From Escherchia phage Stokescottia, in the sequence record OR896820.1: a stretch of 64,000 nucleotides of DNA; one strand, 5' to 3'. Made by a program: the position numbers and the translations under genes. Positions within the stretch are counted from its first letter, which is position 1; each line of letters begins with the position of its first letter. The notes beneath the pieces are model-generated. The model ran no database searches, was not told the DNA's origin, and saw nothing but the letters and a program-made list of their open reading frames with translations. Positions 30,543-40,738 of the stretch are shown piece by piece.

Positions 30543-30649
30543 TCTTTTGAATAGCTTAATAATTAGGTCGGAATTTCCTCTAGCTAGTAAGTATAGCTTT
30601 TCATAATCGAAGAATTTAATTTTTGTTTTCTCCTCGAATTTATGTATAT

Positions 30650-30679
30650 ATTATACTAGATTTCGAGAGAATTTAGCAA
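30650..30679 (-). promoter_or_regulatory. Promoter (TTGCTA-N18-TATAAT) downstream of the D10 helicase gene
   Basis: Hexamers on the minus strand; the -10 and leader cassette is duplicated at 30728-30758. Confidence 0.5.
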
Positions 30680-30762
30680 CTAAAATTTTTATTTTTCTGC
30701 TTCGGACTTTCTTATCAATCCGAAACTTTCTCTCTCAAATTTATGTATATATTATACATCAT

Positions 30763-32115
30763 TTATGAGCTGTTGCCAAATGCAATTTTAGCTAATTGAA
30801 CTGCTTTCTCTGGAGTCATGGTAATAGTTTTCCACCCGTTGTTACGATATACTGCCATACGTCCAGAAGCCTGTCTTAGTCCAGTGCCACCTTTCATAAT
30901 TAGGTCTACAACAATAGGGTCGAGTTTACCATCGACAATACGTTGAACACGACCTGCAAGCTGTTCAATGAGAGATTCATTATTAATGAGACTTCCCATT
31001 ATTAAACAAGATAACTCATTAAGAGAAATACCTTCAGAGAAGATACTTTGAGCTGCTGCAAGTACACAAGGTCCACCTTTTGCTATATCTTCCTGAATTT
31101 TTAATCGGTCATCTAAGTGGGTTGCCCCTATAATTTCATATGTTGTAACACCACGCTGTGCAAGAGCTTCTAGTACTGTTTGGATTAACTCTGTTCTGTC
31201 ACTTACAATGAGTACTTTATGCCCCATATTCACGTATAAATGTGCTAGATTTATAATAGTCTCTCGATATTCAGGATGATTGTACACATCATTAGCACGT
31301 AATGCCCATGGTACGTTTTGGTTTCCTGATAGCTCAACAGGTACTGAGTACCTATGGATTGTGGGTGCAACAGTATTATTAACCGGCGGACTAAATATCT
31401 TATATCCAAAGAAATCTTTGAACATAACTTGTAGACCATCTTTCCGTTTTAATGTTCCAGATAGTCCAATCTTATAGCGAGCACATGATATTTCTAGGAA
31501 GTTAGTGAAAGTTGTAGCCACACAATGGTGAACTTCATCAACTATAACAGTACCGAATACTTTAGAAAGATTATTCGCATGTTTATTCACTGTTTGAATA
31601 TTACTGACCACAATTGGTGGATCAATATTGTATTTCCCAGAACCTATGATGCCTGGTTCAAACCCAAACCATTTACGAACTTCTGCTGCCCACATCTCAC
31701 GAATGGATGTATTCGTACAAATTACCAAAGTTTTCTGGCCAAATTTATACGCAAGTGCAAGAGCTAGGATAGTTTTGCCAAATCCGGGCTTACCATTAAT
31801 AATACAGGTATCATCACACTCTTCATATATTGGGAGCTGGTCTTCTTCACGCAGTTTGAACTTAGGTTTTGGTATATCTACCGGAGCTAATGTGCGTTTA
31901 TCAACTAATTCGTATTTTACTCCTTTAGCATCTAGTAAATCCAGACGCGTGATAGGAATCCACTTAATCTCTTTAGCAACAACACCACTATTCTTATACA
32001 TAATAGGGTATTTACTAGTCATTGTCTCTATGTGATAAGTGGTTTGCTTACTACAATAATCCCAAAGTTCATCATCGGGCTTGAAATAGGCTTTATTAGA
32101 TATAACAACCTTCAT
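30763..32115 (-). CDS. DExH-box SF2 helicase (T5 D10-like)
   Basis: 450 aa; Walker A 'GKPGFGKT', Walker B 'DEVHH'. Confidence 0.7.
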   Translation of the reverse strand: MKVVISNKAYFKPDDELWDYCSKQTTYHIETMTSKYPIMYKNSGVVAKEIKWIPITRLDLLDAKGVKYELVDKRTLAPVDIPKPKFKLREEDQLPIYEECDDTCIINGKPGFGKTILALALAYKFGQKTLVICTNTSIREMWAAEVRKWFGFEPGIIGSGKYNIDPPIVVSNIQTVNKHANNLSKVFGTVIVDEVHHCVATTFTNFLEISCARYKIGLSGTLKRKDGLQVMFKDFFGYKIFSPPVNNTVAPTIHRYSVPVELSGNQNVPWALRANDVYNHPEYRETIINLAHLYVNMGHKVLIVSDRTELIQTVLEALAQRGVTTYEIIGATHLDDRLKIQEDIAKGGPCVLAAAQSIFSEGISLNELSCLIMGSLINNESLIEQLAGRVQRIVDGKLDPIVVDLIMKGGTGLRQASGRMAVYRNNGWKTITMTPEKAVQLAKIAFGNSS

Positions 32116-32609
32116 AATTTTATTCTAAGTCTAGGAATTTCAGGCTCCTCTTGATGGACTTGGTAAATAACAGGGCTATTATTTACCAGAATATAGCTTA
32201 TATAAGCTGGAACATAGGATAATACAAATGGATATGGAACTTTAGCTACATAGCATTGGTATTTTCCGTTATAAATTCTAGCTGAATGCAAAACTTTAGA
32301 GGTGACAACATCATAGAACGTAGTTTTCTTCCAGTTAATAAGATTTCCATCAGAATCTATAAATTGGCTACGTTTTGACCCAACTAATTGAGACAACATT
32401 GATATTCTACCTCTAATAGGATAGAGCTTATATGGTAATTCTTTCCGTTTCTCAAATAGGATAAGCCTACGTTGAGAAAACGTGCCAGGCAACTTCCTGT
32501 TATCTAGCACATATTTATTATATCTTGTTGTAATTACGGAATAATCACCTTCTTGCTCAATTGATACAAACGCCCGTAAAGCATATACGGGCAATTTGAA
32601 ATCAAGCAC
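32112..32609 (-). CDS. Hypothetical protein
   Basis: 165-aa ORF between the polymerase and helicase genes. Confidence 0.3.
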   Translation of the reverse strand: MLDFKLPVYALRAFVSIEQEGDYSVITTRYNKYVLDNRKLPGTFSQRRLILFEKRKELPYKLYPIRGRISMLSQLVGSKRSQFIDSDGNLINWKKTTFYDVVTSKVLHSARIYNGKYQCYVAKVPYPFVLSYVPAYISYILVNNSPVIYQVHQEEPEIPRLRIKL

Positions 32610-35169
32610 CGAGAATCCTTCTCACGTTATCCAAATCTTTACATACAGCAATAAACTTATCATCCTTGTATTTGCTATGATCTGGATGCTCTTTATCCAT
32701 TGCAGCTAGTTTCTTATACTCGAACTCTGCATCAAGTAATACACCCTTGACATAACGAGTATACTCATCATCATCAATACAAGCGATTGATGGGTGCTGT
32801 TTCTTCATCTTACCACAAGAGTAGTCACGAGAACCTCCAGCTTCAGAATCTGAATCAATACCAATCGGACAGCCAGGAATACTGATACCACGGTCTTTCT
32901 GAATATTACGAATCAGGATTTCATTGTATTGGTCGATCAAATCCTCACGAACAATAGCAACTACGGAGTCGTGAACCAGCATAACAATCTTCATCTCTTG
33001 TTCTAGGCCAAGAGAAATGATCTCATTATCCGCATCTACAGCCCCTAAAAGGAGACTATCAGAAGAAGCAGACTGAATGATTGCGTTAAATCCAGAACGG
33101 ATTTCTTCACCCTGAACACCACGGTCTTCGGAGTGAATATTATGCAGACGACGTTTACGACCAAAGTGACTATAGATAAATCCATGATTCTTGATCTGAT
33201 CGTGGCACTTATCAATCCAACGCTTAAGCTGCGGGAACTGACCGAAGTAAGTTTCAATGTACTCTTTAGCATCCGCAACAGTACATTCAACAAACGGTTC
33301 GCCTGTCTTAGCAGCCTGTTCCAGAAGAGCTTCGTTAACAGAATGAGCTACTTTAGCTGGGCCAGAACCATACAAAATACCGAAGGTGATTGCCTTAGCA
33401 GCCTGACGCAGAGCTGGGAATAACTTTTTAACATCACGAGGTTCGCATTGTAGCTTAAATACCATATGTGCGATGTTAGAGTGGAAGTCAGGGTATTTAT
33501 CAGGTTCATTTCTCATGTTGATAAATACCTGTTGCATATTTCTATCACCAGATAGAACAGCAGCATAATAAACTTCCGCAGTTGTTAAGTCCCATGCGAT
33601 TACACGATACCCGGGAGGAGCTACTACACAACCCTTGATAATAGATTCATCACGAGGTAGCTGTTGCAGGTTCAGTTTACCAGAAGAACTCAAACGACCA
33701 GAAGTAGTCATGTGTTCATGGAAGCCAGTACGAATGCAACCATCAGCATCAATGCTCAGAAGAATCTTCTCAATGTAAGTAGAGATCAGCTTGGTCAGCT
33801 TACGAATCTCTAGTAGGGTCTTAGCAATTGGATGCTGCGTAGCCAATTCGTTCAAGGCTTCTGCATCTGTAGAGTCTGCTCCAGTATCCGTCAATTTACC
33901 TGTTGGAGTTAAGCCAACATAATCAAATAGAAGAACACGTAGCTGCTTAACAGAGTTAGGATTAAATGCTTCATTCTGATCTTTCTCTAGCTGAACTACT
34001 TCTGGATAAGTATACAGCTTCTCACGAGCTTTATTCAGATTATGAGTTAACTGATACTGAGCTTCTTTCAAGCGATCAATAGAAATTGGTACACCACGAT
34101 CCTCAACACGCTGGAGAAATACACAACCAGGCATTAGAACATCATAATACAGACTGCAAAGTTTTTCATTCTTCTCAATTTTTGGTAAGAAGAAATTGTG
34201 CAAACGTAGGGTGGCATCGGTATCTTTTGCAGCGTAAGGCCACATAATATCAAACGGAATTAAATCATAGGTGAAATCTTCTTTCTTGATTTTATGTGCT
34301 TTGCAGTAATCATCCTTGAACTTATCTAGTTCAAAGTCATAGTCACCCATATCGGTATACTTCATTGCTAGAGATTTCAAGCCATGAGTACCACGACGTT
34401 CATCTAGAACATAATGCTGCAACATAGTATCATGGAGCCTACGTTCTTTATGTGCTTTATCAAAAGTAAGTCCCAGATGGTACTTATAAAAGTGCATATC
34501 AAACTTCAAGTTGTGAAAAACAATAGTGTGGTTTTCACTATCCAGGATTTTCTGGAGATAATATACTGCAACCTCTGTGAGACAATCAGAATCGATATAT
34601 ACACCCTGATACTCTTGGTGAGACATAGAAACACCAAGCAGATAACCATCTCGACAGTATAGTGCTGAGGTTTCGGAGTCAAATGCGACAGGTCCGATAA
34701 CCATATTATACACCATCTTGATATATTCTTCCGCCTCATCAGGGTCAGTAATAGGACGGTAATCACCAGCTTTTGCAATCTTCTCACGACCATTGATAAT
34801 ATCGTGGATATTCTCTACTGTTGCATCAAAAACTGGTTTCATTTCAGGTTTAAAGTGTAACTGGGCTGGGCTGATACTCGCAATCCAGTTAGCATATCCA
34901 TTATACTCTACACGTTTACCAGTATAGTCACCAATGCCTTTCTTACCTGCGAAGTACAGGAAAGGTTCAGCACCTACTAGTATAACAAAATCATAATCAT
35001 TCGGATCAAATGGGTTTTCTGGTGTTCCAATAGTAATATGCTTTTTAAGCAAACGACCAGATAACTTCTCGTTACACATATGGAATACATCAACTTCCTC
35101 GCCGTATAGCTGGAAATGTTTATCATAACGAGTGTTATTTAGAGCTTTATCAACTACTGCGATCTTCAA
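32602..35169 (-). CDS. DNA polymerase, family A, with 3'-5' exonuclease domain (apparent TTG start)
   Basis: 855 aa; exonuclease-like 'FDSETS' and polymerase motifs 'RRLHDTMLQHY...', 'KAITFGILYG', 'LVHDS'; GAGGAG RBS. Confidence 0.85.
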   Translation of the reverse strand: MKIAVVDKALNNTRYDKHFQLYGEEVDVFHMCNEKLSGRLLKKHITIGTPENPFDPNDYDFVILVGAEPFLYFAGKKGIGDYTGKRVEYNGYANWIASISPAQLHFKPEMKPVFDATVENIHDIINGREKIAKAGDYRPITDPDEAEEYIKMVYNMVIGPVAFDSETSALYCRDGYLLGVSMSHQEYQGVYIDSDCLTEVAVYYLQKILDSENHTIVFHNLKFDMHFYKYHLGLTFDKAHKERRLHDTMLQHYVLDERRGTHGLKSLAMKYTDMGDYDFELDKFKDDYCKAHKIKKEDFTYDLIPFDIMWPYAAKDTDATLRLHNFFLPKIEKNEKLCSLYYDVLMPGCVFLQRVEDRGVPISIDRLKEAQYQLTHNLNKAREKLYTYPEVVQLEKDQNEAFNPNSVKQLRVLLFDYVGLTPTGKLTDTGADSTDAEALNELATQHPIAKTLLEIRKLTKLISTYIEKILLSIDADGCIRTGFHEHMTTSGRLSSSGKLNLQQLPRDESIIKGCVVAPPGYRVIAWDLTTAEVYYAAVLSGDRNMQQVFINMRNEPDKYPDFHSNIAHMVFKLQCEPRDVKKLFPALRQAAKAITFGILYGSGPAKVAHSVNEALLEQAAKTGEPFVECTVADAKEYIETYFGQFPQLKRWIDKCHDQIKNHGFIYSHFGRKRRLHNIHSEDRGVQGEEIRSGFNAIIQSASSDSLLLGAVDADNEIISLGLEQEMKIVMLVHDSVVAIVREDLIDQYNEILIRNIQKDRGISIPGCPIGIDSDSEAGGSRDYSCGKMKKQHPSIACIDDDEYTRYVKGVLLDAEFEYKKLAAMDKEHPDHSKYKDDKFIAVCKDLDNVRRILGA

Positions 35170-35231
35170 ATTTAATCTCCTCTTGGTAAGTAAGTATAAC
35201 TTCAGTGTTTCTTCTCTAACTTACCAATATA

Positions 35232-36122
35232 TTATACCAAATCTTTAAGCGATTCAGCAACTAAAATTTCAATACGTTTTGCTAACATATCAATTTCTTC
35301 TTTATTTAAGTCACCAGGGTCTTTACCTTCAGGCAGAAGAAAGTTAGCAACTACAGGTGTTAAACGCGTTTTTGTACGAATTAGCTTGGCCAACGCTTGT
35401 GCAGCTTTGTTACCAGAAGCATCATTATCTAGTAAGATAACAACAACTTTTACACCAGCAATAATATAAGGACTGAACTTATCTGCAATGTTATCCGAAG
35501 TAAACTGATGTGTACCAAAGCAGCAAGAAGCATAGTCTATACCATTATCCTCTAGGTTCAGCATATCAAAGATACCTTCAACTAGAATAAGAACTGGAGT
35601 ATTATATCGTACAGGGAAAATCGGTGGTGAAACTTGCTTTGGTTTTACTAAGTATTTAGGAGGGGCAGAACTGTTTATAGAACGACCCAAAAATAGGATA
35701 TTGCGTCCAACAGCATCTGTGATTGGGAATACAATTCTGCCTTCCCAGTCTGCTTGGTGTTGGAAAGCAAAATATTTCTTCAAGGTCTTAGAACTTATAC
35801 CTCGGAAATCACCTTCGAAAAGGTAAGCAGATTCAGGAATTGCAAGATTCGTAGATCCATTCCTAATCTCTGAAATCTTTTTACGTACCTGCGATAGTCT
35901 TGGGGACTGTCGGTACTGAGTCTCATTAAAATAATGGTAAATGCTCGGTATACCTTTACCGAAGCCACAACTCAAGCAGTGCATAATACCTGTTTCAGGA
36001 TCAATACGCAAACTTGGGTGTTTATCGTCATGATCTGGATTGAGACAACAGATGAGGATGTCCCCACCTGTGTCTTTATATTCAATGCCTTTCAGATCAA
36101 GTAGTTCTGTTATTCTACTCAT
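35232..36122 (-). CDS. DNA primase (zinc finger plus TOPRIM)
   Basis: 296 aa; 'CCLNPDHDDKHPS...HCLSCGFG' zinc finger; TOPRIM-like 'LVEGIFDM'. Confidence 0.7.
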   Translation of the reverse strand: MSRITELLDLKGIEYKDTGGDILICCLNPDHDDKHPSLRIDPETGIMHCLSCGFGKGIPSIYHYFNETQYRQSPRLSQVRKKISEIRNGSTNLAIPESAYLFEGDFRGISSKTLKKYFAFQHQADWEGRIVFPITDAVGRNILFLGRSINSSAPPKYLVKPKQVSPPIFPVRYNTPVLILVEGIFDMLNLEDNGIDYASCCFGTHQFTSDNIADKFSPYIIAGVKVVVILLDNDASGNKAAQALAKLIRTKTRLTPVVANFLLPEGKDPGDLNKEEIDMLAKRIEILVAESLKDLV

Positions 36123-37591
36123 ATATCGCTGGCCTGTTCACCTGTTGAATTTTCAGCTTTGTCTTTCTTAGCACGTTTAGGTTGAGCCGGCTTATCCTTC
36201 TCAATAGGGATAATGAACTCAGCTTCCATTTGAGATATATCTTCCATTGCTAGGTTGGTAGTGTTATCCATCCGCAGGGTTTCCCAGTTCATTTTAGGCA
36301 TAAACTTCACGCTATCAGAAGAACGAGTCTTAACGAAGTCAAACATAATAGCACCTTGACCATTATCAGCTTTTGCAGCATTAAGATTAGCAGCCATGTC
36401 AGCGGAATCAAGAATCCCCTTTGACATACGTGTTCTACCATCTTGATCAATCTGGTAAGGAGCTACACCAGCCACATTATGTTTCTGGCAGATAGATTTG
36501 AAAGACGAGCTGACAACCATCTGTTCTTTCCAGTCATACATATCAATGGTTTTAGAGTCTGGAAGTCTGGTCTGGTTAATATAGTCCAGTAAAGCTACTG
36601 TAACTTTATCTCCGTATCTAGCAACTAATTTATTTAATTCTACGTCAACTGTTGTAATAGACAGCTCAGGGTCATAAACAATAATCATAGGAGTATGTAG
36701 CTCATACCCTTCTATTAGCTTACTCTCCATATCGTAGAAATCACTCATCTTAGCCATTGTGTACTGTTTAACGAAGCTATCGAAAAGCTCTTCACCACCA
36801 TTAAACATTCTAGCTCTAGTTCTGGCTAATCTCAATAGAGCTGCACCTTCTAGAGTATTATTACGCATTGCTAATGCTGATACACCAGCTAACATGGCTA
36901 GATTACGTCTAAATACTTCATGTTCTTTCATCTCAATTGAGAAGTATGGAGCAATATCCCCATTCAAATATTGCTGAACCTGTATGTTTGAACAGATAAT
37001 GGATTTACCAGTACCACGCCAACCACCAAGCAGTAACGTTTCTGTGCGAGCTAAACCAATTTGAGCGTCGAACTCATTACAAATACCAAGAGCGATTAAG
37101 TTCAGTTTGGTATCTTCTTCTCTCTGGAAAATACGCATGTTATCTGCGTTGAATACTTTTCCAGTATTCGTTACTTTCTCTTCTAATTTTAAGTGAAGGG
37201 AGGCAACTCGGTTGAGAATTTCTCCCTGATCCAGCATTGTTAAATCTTGAAGCACGTCTGTTTCTAGAAGCTTCAGGAATAAATCCTGTGTATATTCAGC
37301 CTCTAGGACTTCAAGTGCCTGTTCCATGCTCACTTCTGGAATTTGAGTGTTAGCTAAGACGACTAGAGCTTGAGAAAGGCGGGCGTTCCTATTAGCCTCA
37401 AGCATCAGTGCGTCAATGGACGGCATTGTGTTATATTTTTTATAATAATTCTGGACGGCTTGGTAAATTGAGGAGAAAGCGTCATTAAAATGATCTTTAT
37501 GCAGTTTTGAGAATGTTTCCAATGCTATTTGCTTCTGTTCAGAAGCTAGAAGCATCTTCAACACTACAGCTTGCACGTTAAACAAGGTCAT
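36119..37591 (-). CDS. Putative replicative helicase (DnaB-like P-loop ATPase); start taken at MTLFNVQ, the track ORF starts at 37642
   Basis: Walker A 'GGWRGTGKS'; AAGGAGA immediately upstream of the chosen ATG; the alternative start lies inside a terminator hairpin. Confidence 0.55.
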   Translation of the reverse strand: MTLFNVQAVVLKMLLASEQKQIALETFSKLHKDHFNDAFSSIYQAVQNYYKKYNTMPSIDALMLEANRNARLSQALVVLANTQIPEVSMEQALEVLEAEYTQDLFLKLLETDVLQDLTMLDQGEILNRVASLHLKLEEKVTNTGKVFNADNMRIFQREEDTKLNLIALGICNEFDAQIGLARTETLLLGGWRGTGKSIICSNIQVQQYLNGDIAPYFSIEMKEHEVFRRNLAMLAGVSALAMRNNTLEGAALLRLARTRARMFNGGEELFDSFVKQYTMAKMSDFYDMESKLIEGYELHTPMIIVYDPELSITTVDVELNKLVARYGDKVTVALLDYINQTRLPDSKTIDMYDWKEQMVVSSSFKSICQKHNVAGVAPYQIDQDGRTRMSKGILDSADMAANLNAAKADNGQGAIMFDFVKTRSSDSVKFMPKMNWETLRMDNTTNLAMEDISQMEAEFIIPIEKDKPAQPKRAKKDKAENSTGEQASDI

Positions 37592-37673
37592 TCTCCTTTG
37601 CACGCTTTCGTGCCTTCTAAATGCAAAAAGGGGAAGGAGCATAGCCCCCTCCCCTTAGGTTTAATTTACCAGA

Positions 37674-38441
37674 TTATTCAGCAGCCGCAGCTTTTGCATC
37701 CAGTTTAGCACGCTTAGCGGCACCATCATAGTCCTTAGCAACCAGACCACGACGAGACAGCATAGATTTAACACCACGCTCAGACTTACCAGTTTTCTCA
37801 GCGATCTCAGCAACAGTCATGTTAACCAGATCTAGACCTTCTAACAGATCTTCACGAGTTTTAGCACTTGAAGTTTCCTGTACCGGCATAGCAGCAATAC
37901 GACCTTCACGAAGCAGGCTCAGAGCTTTACCACGGATCTGCTTAATATTGCGACCGAAGTGAGCAGCGATAGCTTCAATAGTAGCACCAGCAACAACCTG
38001 ATTAACAAAATCAGTTTCTTCATCCGGAGTGAAGGAACGAACAGCAGCAGCTTTTTCAGTTGGTTTAACAGAAGCGGTCATTTCCAGACTCAGAATCTTA
38101 CCTTGTACCTGCTTAGCACCGAACTGACCACCAGCTACAGCAGCAGCGATTTCAGCATAGGTATACTGACCAGCATGAGCATTCAGGAAATCAACCAGTT
38201 CAGCTTCCTGCTCAGGAGTCCACGGGGATTTCTGTACTTCGTTAGCTTTCTGTACTTCAAAACCTTCTTTACGCAGTTTAGAGCCAACAGAGCGAGCGGT
38301 AACGTCTTTGCCAGTTTCAGCGGCCAGTTCAGCAGCGATAGCAGCTACTTGTTCTTGAGAGATTACAGCAACACCCAGAGCAGTGGCTTTTGCTTTCAGA
38401 GACTCGGTTACACCTTCTACGTTCCAGTTCAGTTTAGACAT
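37674..38441 (-). CDS. DNA-binding protein with four tandem HTH-like repeats (possibly T5 D5-like)
   Basis: 255 aa; four repeats of roughly 'IAxxxGxxxxxVxxKxLxLxREG'; biased high-expression codon usage. Confidence 0.4.
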   Translation of the reverse strand: MSKLNWNVEGVTESLKAKATALGVAVISQEQVAAIAAELAAETGKDVTARSVGSKLRKEGFEVQKANEVQKSPWTPEQEAELVDFLNAHAGQYTYAEIAAAVAGGQFGAKQVQGKILSLEMTASVKPTEKAAAVRSFTPDEETDFVNQVVAGATIEAIAAHFGRNIKQIRGKALSLLREGRIAAMPVQETSSAKTREDLLEGLDLVNMTVAEIAEKTGKSERGVKSMLSRRGLVAKDYDGAAKRAKLDAKAAAAE

Positions 38442-39207
38442 TATTATTTTTCTCCAATAGTTCTTTAATCGACAGGATTTCTATCCCATTCGTTTCGGCT
38501 TTCTTATAAGATGAGGAAGAACGTTTTGATTCATCCTCACAGATTAGGTATTTGACGTCTTTGGTAACGGATTTCTTAACCGTATATCCTAGACCTTCTA
38601 AATAGTTTGTTGCATCCGTTCGATTTGCAAAATCTTGCAAAGATCCGGTAATACATACCACGATTCCATTTGGCTGGGCAACTAAATCATCAGTAACGAC
38701 AGTTTTAGCTTTAGCACCAGTTGAGAATTTCCACGGTAGTTCGATAACATCCTTGCCTTGTGGGGAATTTAGCCAGGCTTTGTAGTTTTCTCCAGCCTTG
38801 CCGTCAGCCTTCACATCGTGGAAGCTAGTGCAATTTTGGGATAATTTCTTTGCTGCAACCTCTCCGATTAGAGGGATTCCTAAAGAACCGAGAACTGAAC
38901 CAAAGTCAATGTCTCCGCGAACTTTAGTATTTAATTCGCTAATTAACTTAGCTGCAACCTTGCTACCCACGGCTCTAACTAAATCTTCTTCGGTTAGGTA
39001 AAATAGTTCTGAAATCTTCGTCAGCTCCAGCTTCTCAATAGTTTTTGGGCCAAAGCCCTTTAACTTCATTTTTGTACAGAAGTTCTCAATTAACTTACTT
39101 GATTGCGCTGGACAGTTGGACTTATTCCTACAGAATAATTGTCCGTTGACAAGATCTAGCTTAGAACCACAAGAGGGACATTGTGTTGGAATTTCGATTT
39201 TCATCAA
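38434..39207 (-). CDS. NAD-dependent DNA ligase, C-terminal subunit (Zn finger, HhH, BRCT)
   Basis: 257 aa; 'CPSCGSKL...CRNKSNCPAQ' zinc finger then HhH-like 'GPKTIEKL'; own promoter. Confidence 0.65.
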   Translation of the reverse strand: MMKIEIPTQCPSCGSKLDLVNGQLFCRNKSNCPAQSSKLIENFCTKMKLKGFGPKTIEKLELTKISELFYLTEEDLVRAVGSKVAAKLISELNTKVRGDIDFGSVLGSLGIPLIGEVAAKKLSQNCTSFHDVKADGKAGENYKAWLNSPQGKDVIELPWKFSTGAKAKTVVTDDLVAQPNGIVVCITGSLQDFANRTDATNYLEGLGYTVKKSVTKDVKYLICEDESKRSSSSYKKAETNGIEILSIKELLEKNNNV

Positions 39208-39234
39208 ATTTCTTCCTTATCAATTTATATAAAT

Positions 39235-39263
39235 ATTATAGCAAGTATTTAAGCATTTAGCAA
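39235..39263 (-). promoter_or_regulatory. Promoter (TTGCTA-N17-TATAAT) between the two ligase subunit genes
   Basis: Hexamers with 17-nt spacing in the 200-bp gap. Confidence 0.55.
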
Positions 39264-39406
39264 CTACAATTTTAACTAACTTTGCTTACCCTCGCCATAA
39301 CTTTCTATCCCTCAACTGAATGATAATAGTATATACCTAAGCGGCGAAAATGTCAATAACCACTTTATAATTCCGATATGGTAGATGGGTAGCAAAGGGT
39401 TATGTA

Positions 39407-40378
39407 TTAATCGTATACTCGCTCTACTATGCACGGGATTACACCACCAGCACGAATTACTCGAATCTGGCAACCGATCTCTAGATCAAGAGAGTTAATA
39501 TAATCAACGTTATTAAGAGTCGCTTTAACAATTGTAGCATCATCAATAATTACCGGTTCGAAATAACCAACTGGAGTTACTTTACCAGAAGCCCCTACCT
39601 GCCACTCAACTTTAGTAAGAGTTGTAATCTCGCCTTCTTCATCCTCTTTAATAGCGAATGCTCCACGAGGGAATTTATTAGTCCAGCCTTCTCGGAAGAA
39701 TTTGTTGTTGTCATTAATACGAACAACTTTACCGTCCGTCGGAATCCATTTAAAGAATGAACGCACATTAACAACTGTTAAGAAGTCTTCATTCTCTAGC
39801 CAAAGCATATCTTTTAAATATGCTTCTGTAATACCTACAGATTCAGCAGAACACTGGATACCATATGCAACGAAGATTAAACCACCTTCCCCGATACGTT
39901 GTACGAAATCATCGCTATCTTTGAGGTTAATAGCACCAGAGGCAAAGTTACGTTTATTCTCTACTTCTTTTGTAATTAGAACTTCACCAGTGATTTGAGT
40001 AGGTACTTTTTGGGAAATCTTTTTAGGGATGTTCAGCAATCTTACGTTGCTTGTGACATCATTCCCTAGAATACCGTTACCACGAGTTAGTGCTTGAACA
40101 AATTCTCCATTAATATATAACAGAGAAATCGCACAACCATCTAATTTATCAGTTTCTACCTGACCTAATGGGTTAAACGGAGGTTTATCTCCACGATTAT
40201 AATAAACTTTCTGTAAAGAATACATACGATACAGATGTGGAATATCACCCTTAGGCCCGATCTCTTCTTCTAACGGGAAGCGTTTTACCAGGCAATCATA
40301 CTCCTCATCAGAGATTAAAGACATGCCTTGATAATATGCTTCTTGACAGCGTTTAATAAATTCTTTTACATTAGTCAT
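39407..40378 (-). CDS. NAD-dependent DNA ligase, N-terminal adenylation/OB subunit
   Basis: 323 aa; adenylation 'KLDG' motif in 'ETDKLDGCAISLLY'. Confidence 0.7.
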   Translation of the reverse strand: MTNVKEFIKRCQEAYYQGMSLISDEEYDCLVKRFPLEEEIGPKGDIPHLYRMYSLQKVYYNRGDKPPFNPLGQVETDKLDGCAISLLYINGEFVQALTRGNGILGNDVTSNVRLLNIPKKISQKVPTQITGEVLITKEVENKRNFASGAINLKDSDDFVQRIGEGGLIFVAYGIQCSAESVGITEAYLKDMLWLENEDFLTVVNVRSFFKWIPTDGKVVRINDNNKFFREGWTNKFPRGAFAIKEDEEGEITTLTKVEWQVGASGKVTPVGYFEPVIIDDATIVKATLNNVDYINSLDLEIGCQIRVIRAGGVIPCIVERVYD

Positions 40379-40651
40379 TTATTCTGCCTCATAGTACGTG
40401 GGCTGTCTAGTGGACCCGTGCCATGTATAGTTTTTGCAAAGATGCAAATATGTAGTTTTTACTAGCCTATCTGACAACGGAGAGTATATTTCAGCTGTTA
40501 ATACTTCTTTTTCGTAATGAAGTGAAATCAGCTTATACCCACTTCTAGTTTTAGTATACTTTTCTCCATTAATCTTCTCCTCCCACATAAGTATAAGAGG
40601 CTGTCCGATGTATGGGAAAGGTTTAAGTGTACTTATATTTATCTTTTTCAC
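40379..40651 (-). CDS. Hypothetical protein
   Basis: 90-aa ORF. Confidence 0.3.
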   Translation of the reverse strand: MKKINISTLKPFPYIGQPLILMWEEKINGEKYTKTRSGYKLISLHYEKEVLTAEIYSPLSDRLVKTTYLHLCKNYTWHGSTRQPTYYEAE

Positions 40652-40738
40652 TTTGCAACCCTCTCATTAATTTATATAAATATTATATAACAAAACTGAG
40701 TTGAAAGCAAATACATTTATAAATAAAAAAGCCAAGAA

